A stretch of DNA of 12,060 nucleotides from Zygophlyctis sp. KS116 (taxonomy: Eukaryota > Fungi > Chytridiomycota): positions 1 to 12,060 of the forward strand of contig BAAFSQ010000298.1 in assembly GCA_054661495.1 (NCBI GenBank), given 5' to 3'. The notes under the pieces were generated by a model. The model worked only from the letters and a program-made list of their open reading frames with translations. It did no database searches and was not told the origin of the DNA. Shown here piece by piece: positions 7,640 to 12,060 of this stretch; position 1 is the stretch's first letter; each line of letters opens with the position of its first letter. The position numbers and the translations under genes were made by a program.

Positions 7640-8442
7640 TAGTTCTTTAGAACATAGTAGTTAAATATGGCCCCGGAGAAAAGACGACAAATTTGTACCG
7701 ACGAATACCATTGCTTCTACTGCAAAAAAGTGGTTGGTTCTCCCCCTGCTCTATCTGTATATGTCAACTTGATTTTGACCATTCCTGTACAAAGTCCTTC
7801 CACCAGAGAGGTGATCTTCTTCCAGTTCCTTTTTTTCATTTAAATAAAATTACTAGTTTGCTCCAGTTTCACACAAAAATATGGGACTAACTACTTTTCT
7901 ATAATTGAGATACACACTATTATATTGGGTCTTCCAAAGTTACTAAAAAAATCTCTTTTCAAAATCCTTGATATTATTTGAAAGAAAGACCTAAAATGAC
8001 TCTCTGCGTGCATTGAAGTCCTAAAGCGACAAACTTCCCCTTTACATTCAAATTTCTGAGCACCTAAATTGTTCCTTTGTCTTTTCTCAATTTTTTTTTG
8101 AAGTTGATTTGAATATTTACATTTAGCGTTAATATGATTTTAAACACTTTTAGTTATGCTGAAACTATATCCTGTGTGTTTTTGTACTTCAACGTTAAAA
8201 TCCTGAAATAATTCGATCAGTTCAATTTGATCCAAATCATTGAAATTTCGAACAATTATAATTGACTTTGGAAAGACTTCTACAAAGTTTAGATCATCTA
8301 AATCATCTATCAAAATGATTTTATGGTCTTGAAAATCAGTTTTGAGACAGAATCGACATCCTTTATTAATTTTGCCAGTCTTATAGCGTATAAAATCAGC
8401 AATAGTATAAAGTTTCATACATCTGAGACACAGATTATCCAT
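7640..8442 (-). pseudogene. Probable N-terminal half of a Mutator-like transposase
   Basis: N-terminal CLRC..CRFC zinc ribbon; then past the stop at 8140 TGYSF...AKC...KFECKG (FAR1/WRKY-like DNA-binding pattern). Further down, KLTYTDRAGGE...W..VQIC resembles the MULE TD..E / QLC motif. Motif-level recognition only. Confidence 0.45.
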
Positions 8443-8607
8443 TTAAAGGCCTGCAAACTAGCCTCTAAACCATGTGAAGCGCGAGAGAGTGTAACATCAC
8501 CCCCCTCATATAATCTTTGAAAATGTACCATTATAGATTTGTATAGAAAACTGAGTTAAACAGTAAAAACCCCCGTGAAAAATTGATTAAAACCAAGGGT
8601 AAACTGG

Positions 8608-9522
8608 ATGTTCTTCCACCGTTTGAGTGTATATGAGCAAATCATCAATATAAACCAATAAGCCTCGATCAATAAGATCCCCAAATACATAGTTCATGAA
8701 TGCCTGAAAAGTTCCTGGAGCATTTTTCAACCAAAAGGCATCACATTATACTGAAAATGACCATATTTGGTTCGGAATGCTGTCAAGTATTCTCTACATG
8801 AATGCGAACAAGGTAAAAGGCACTTTTAAGATCAATTTTAAAAAACCAGCATGATTCTTTAGTTAATTGTAACATATCTTTGATAATAGACAAGGCGGTT
8901 CGATCGGTTTTCAAAACAGCATTTAACGCACGATAATCAACACGAGTCTCAGAGACCCATCACCTTTTTTTACAAACATAACCGGGGTACCTGCAGGGGA
9001 AGTGGATTAGCTAATCTTTCCAGATTTCAGAGCACCTTTTAAATACTTACGCAGGACTTCTTCATCTTTTTTACTTAAAGAATAGATTGGACTAAAAGGG
9101 GGTGACTTCCCGTCCAATAGTTCTAAATTAATGTCTATTTCTTCTCTATAGGTTAGGGTTAGCTAGGAGGTCACAAACTAGGAAAATCATTCTCGGTGAA
9201 CCCACTAGTAAATTCCTTTAACAGATTCTTCAAGAAACGTTCTTTCTCAGGAGAGCTGGTTTCCATATCAATTAGATCTATAAACACTTGCCTTTGGGGA
9301 ACACCATCTCGATAATCCGATGTTCCCTAAGTTCATATCAGGAACTATCGGGTACCCCCTTCCGAGGATGGACCGCAGGAGAAACTAGCAAATAGTCAGA
9401 CTTTGATTTATTATGCTTTAGAGGGCATGTTTGTTTGAGCCAAATGTGTAGGCGGATTTCCAACAATCCGCTTGCAATAATGACATCTATCTTCTTCAAA
9501 ACATGTTTTTCTTCTTTCATCA
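8608..9522 (-). mobile_element. Degenerate Ty3/Gypsy fragment (element G3): Gag zinc knuckle plus RT N-terminal half, same family as G1
   Basis: The RT is not in the ORF track: DGKSPPFSPIYSLSKKDEEVLRKYLKGALKSG, PVMFVKKGDGSLRL.DYRALN, FFKIDLKSAF, TAFRTKYGHFQYNVMPFG.KNAPGTFQ, LLVYIDDLLIY, truncated at ~8608. Closely parallels the G1 RT. CHYC...HLAQTC knuckle at 9425-9485. Confidence 0.93.
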
Positions 9523-9671
9523 TGTTGAACTATCTGTGCATTCGAAGACATTGATGAAGGATATACGTCACCCAATAACAGAAGATAAATACTTAGATTG
9601 AAACGTCACTTCCTAGATTATTATTAAATATTGTCGTTGATAGAATCTTATAATCTAGATAATAAATCTCA
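9523..9671 (+). repeat. 5' LTR of Copia element B (~150 bp)
   Basis: Begins TGTTGAA exactly where G3 gag similarity stops; AATAAA at 9661-9666; ends ..TCTCA just before the PBS. The right edge is uncertain by a few nt. Confidence 0.7.
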
Positions 9672-9674
9672 TTA

Positions 9675-9688
9675 CGTTATCAGCACCA
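9675..9688 (+). promoter_or_regulatory. Primer-binding site complementary to the anticodon arm of tRNA-Ile(IAU) (half-tRNA priming)
   Basis: CGTTATCAGCACCA is the reverse complement of TGGTGCTGATAACG, matching the eukaryotic tRNA-Ile(AAU) anticodon arm GTGCT-AAT-AACG with position 34 read as G (inosine). Confidence 0.72.
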
Positions 9689-9701
9689 GAAAGGAAATAT
9701 T

Positions 9702-11948
9702 ATGGAAGATAAAATGAAAATGAATGATCTTAAATTCAATGGATCAAATTAAAAAATGTTTAAGATCAAAATCACAGACTACTTAATGTTACAAGATCTT
9801 GATCACACAGTCAATCCCCCAAAAGATCTCAAATTGGGAGTTAACGCTAAAGACTACCCACTAAAGAAGGTTAGATAATTCATCGCAGACAGAATTAAAC
9901 TTGATGAATTCATGAAAGCTGACCGAAAGGCTCAAGCACATATCCGACTAAAATTGTCTGATAAAATTATCGAATTGATAAAAGATAAAATTTCTGCTAG
10001 AGCAATAATATCAAAATTAGATTTATTGTTCGATAGACAAAATATTGTATCAATAACATTGCTAGAGGAAGAATACAGCTCTCGCAAAATGAAACCAAAT
10101 GAAAAGCTGCAAAATTACTTGAATGATTTAGACCGAATCAGATCGGACATAAATATTATAAATCCAAAGTCGATAAGCAAGTTCAAGCATGTAGTGAGAA
10201 TTTTGAACGGGCTCACTGGAACCCAGACTATAAAAATGTAGTATCTGGACTCTATACAATCGCCAGCCAAGCAGGGGATGACGTAAATATTGATAACATC
10301 ACCAACAGACTACTAGATGAGTGTAGACTATTTGACTTGGATGGTGACAAATATAAAATTGAAAAGAGTCCTTATAACAAAGACAATGTCTACTACTTCG
10401 GGATTTAAGAAAGGAAAGAAGTTTTCAAAACCATTTAAATGCTGGTTTTGTGGAGACTTAGACCCCAAACATAACTGCACCAAAATGTTTTGCAGTTTAT
10501 GTGGAACGCAAGGACACAGAGCATCAAAGTGCACAAGTCGACCAAGCGAGCAAGATAAATCAAAAATAGGACAACAGAAAATTACTATGATGGCAGACTC
10601 AGACGTTGAAGGACATGCTTTCTATTTTGATTCTGGAGCATCCCATCATATAACAAGAGACCGTTCTCTACTACATAATTATAAGTGCTGTAGGACAACC
10701 ATTAAGACTTGGAACATCAAAAGCCGGGACCTTTATAAGTCTTATTGGCGTGCGGAATATATGCTATACGTTAGATAATGCAGTAGTTACCATAACCGAA
10801 GTTTATTACTGTCCTGAAGCTAATACAAACTTATTAAGCAACTCCATCTTTGATTCAAAAGGCGCAACGACTCTCATCAAAGATGCCAATGTAATTTTGT
10901 CTACCTCTGAAGGAACGATTTTTATGGAAGGATTGCGATCTAGCTCATTATTTACGTTAAAAATTCAACCAGTAAGAGCTTTTAAGGCATTGGACAATAT
11001 TAAGTCAGAGAAGTTTAAAGAAACTATACTGTGAATCTGGTAGAACCTAAAGGGTTCTGTGCGTTTACGAACTTATCAAAGATGCATAGAAAGCTTGGAC
11101 ATATAAACCAAGAGCGAGTACGGTACGTGTCCAAGAGCTCGGGGATAGACTTAGCAGCAGATAGTGAAGAATTAGAATCTTTTAACTGTCTGGAGTGTAA
11201 TATAAACAAAATCACACGAGACTCGTTTAAAAAGACGGGTGAAAGATCGAAGAGACAGTTGGATTTAATCCACTCGGATGTGGGATTCATAAATGTGGAA
11301 AGTCTAGAGGGACATACTGCCTATGTCCTCTTCATTGATGACCTCTCCAGCTATGTGTACGGGTTTATCATAAGTTCTACATCACAAGTGTCTAGATGTT
11401 TCTATAATTATATTGCAATGGTCGAGGCGCAGTTTGGGACCAGGGTTTCTAGGTTACGGGTTGATGATGGCCAGGAGTATAAGTCGGGGTTATTCTTGGA
11501 TTTTTGTAAACAAAGATGAATACAAATTGAATTAACTCATGGATACACCCCTGAACTCAATGGAAAAGCCGAAAGGTTTAATCAAACAATTGTTGAATTA
11601 TTAAGAACTAACTTAAATGCAGCCAAATTGCCACTAGAACTGTGGGATGAGGCATTCTTCTATTCAATATATACTTTAAATCCGATTCCAAAGAAGAGAC
11701 TCGATAATAAATCACCTTTTGAACTTTGGTATGCAAAAACACCTAAATATGATAATTTGCACGTATTTGGATCGCTAGCATTTCTACATATTCCTAAAGA
11801 GAAAAGAAAGAAACTAGATGCCAAAGGCATAATGTGTATATTTGTTGGATATGATCGATCTGGATTTCGGGTATACATGCCGGGAACCGAACGGATTGCC
11901 ATCTCAAGACATTACATGAAAAGTTGGGAATTGATCATGTTCTATTAG
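9702..11948 (+). pseudogene. Copia Gag-Pol polyprotein (Gag/UBN2, zinc knuckle, protease, pre-integrase, integrase), disrupted
   Basis: ATG at 9702, KFNGSN*; DRKAQAHIRLKLSD (UBN2-like Gag); CSLCGTQGHRASKC (CCHC); FYFDSGASHHIT (PR); VYYCPEANTNLLS; HRKLGH..CLEC; IHSDV, FIDD, RVDDGQEY; TGA at 11517-11519; TPELNGKAERFN; LWDEA, SPFELW, KLDAKG..CIFVGY. Confidence 0.95.
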
Positions 11949-12060
11949 ACTCCCAAACGACTATAGATGAAGAAATTCAATTATTGACGATGACGACAGC
12001 AATTGGATTATTCCAGTGACAGCGGAAAAGTATAGAGTTGCATTGGACGATGAATATATC

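Larger units (their letters stand above)
9523..12060 (+). mobile_element. Degenerate Ty1/Copia LTR retrotransposon (element B), 5' part; continues beyond the window
   Basis: LTR-PBS-Gag-PR-IN order (integrase before RT) is diagnostic for Copia. Confidence 0.95.

Noticed and set aside
7693-7890. Plus-strand 65-aa ORF (and 8323-8520)
   Set aside because: No recognisable motifs; antisense to the probable MULE fragment.
9338-9523. 61-aa ORF as an independent gene
   Set aside because: Chimera of an out-of-frame Gag knuckle region and the post-knuckle linker; its ATG is created at the Copia LTR junction.
10328-11902. Minus-strand ORFs 10328-10534, 11024-11290 and 11660-11902
   Set aside because: Antisense shadows of Copia gag-pol.

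Overview
AT-rich eukaryotic DNA, probably fungal judging from the transposon families. It is almost entirely nested, decayed transposable elements; no intact host gene, RNA gene or CRISPR array is visible. Left to right: (1) 3' end of a Ty1/Copia element (+; RNase H tail, PPT, LTR 108-268) that cuts the integrase of (2) a Ty3/Gypsy pol (-; ~269-3040); (3) SWIM-finger C-terminus of a Mutator-like transposase (+; ~3056-3448) and a 60-bp tandem array; (4) a second Gypsy RNase H-integrase fragment (-; ~3830-5021); (5) a PIF/Harbinger relic with convergent Myb/SANT-like (+) and nuclease (-) genes (~5099-6535); (6) a Gypsy gag (-; ~6541-6975); (7) a candidate Gypsy 5' LTR with a Tf1/sushi-type self-priming PBS and a gag remnant (+; ~6994-7560); (8) a probable MULE N-terminal half (-; ~7640-8442); (9) a third Gypsy gag-knuckle/RT fragment lacking protease (-; ~8608-9522); (10) a second Copia element (+; 9523 to the window end) with a half-tRNA-Ile-type PBS. 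The most unusual signals are the self-priming LTR, the PBS that appears to record inosine-34, and a synonymously conserved GVPQRQV peptide bracketing the Gypsy protease. All calls come from manual translation and motif recognition; no searches were run.
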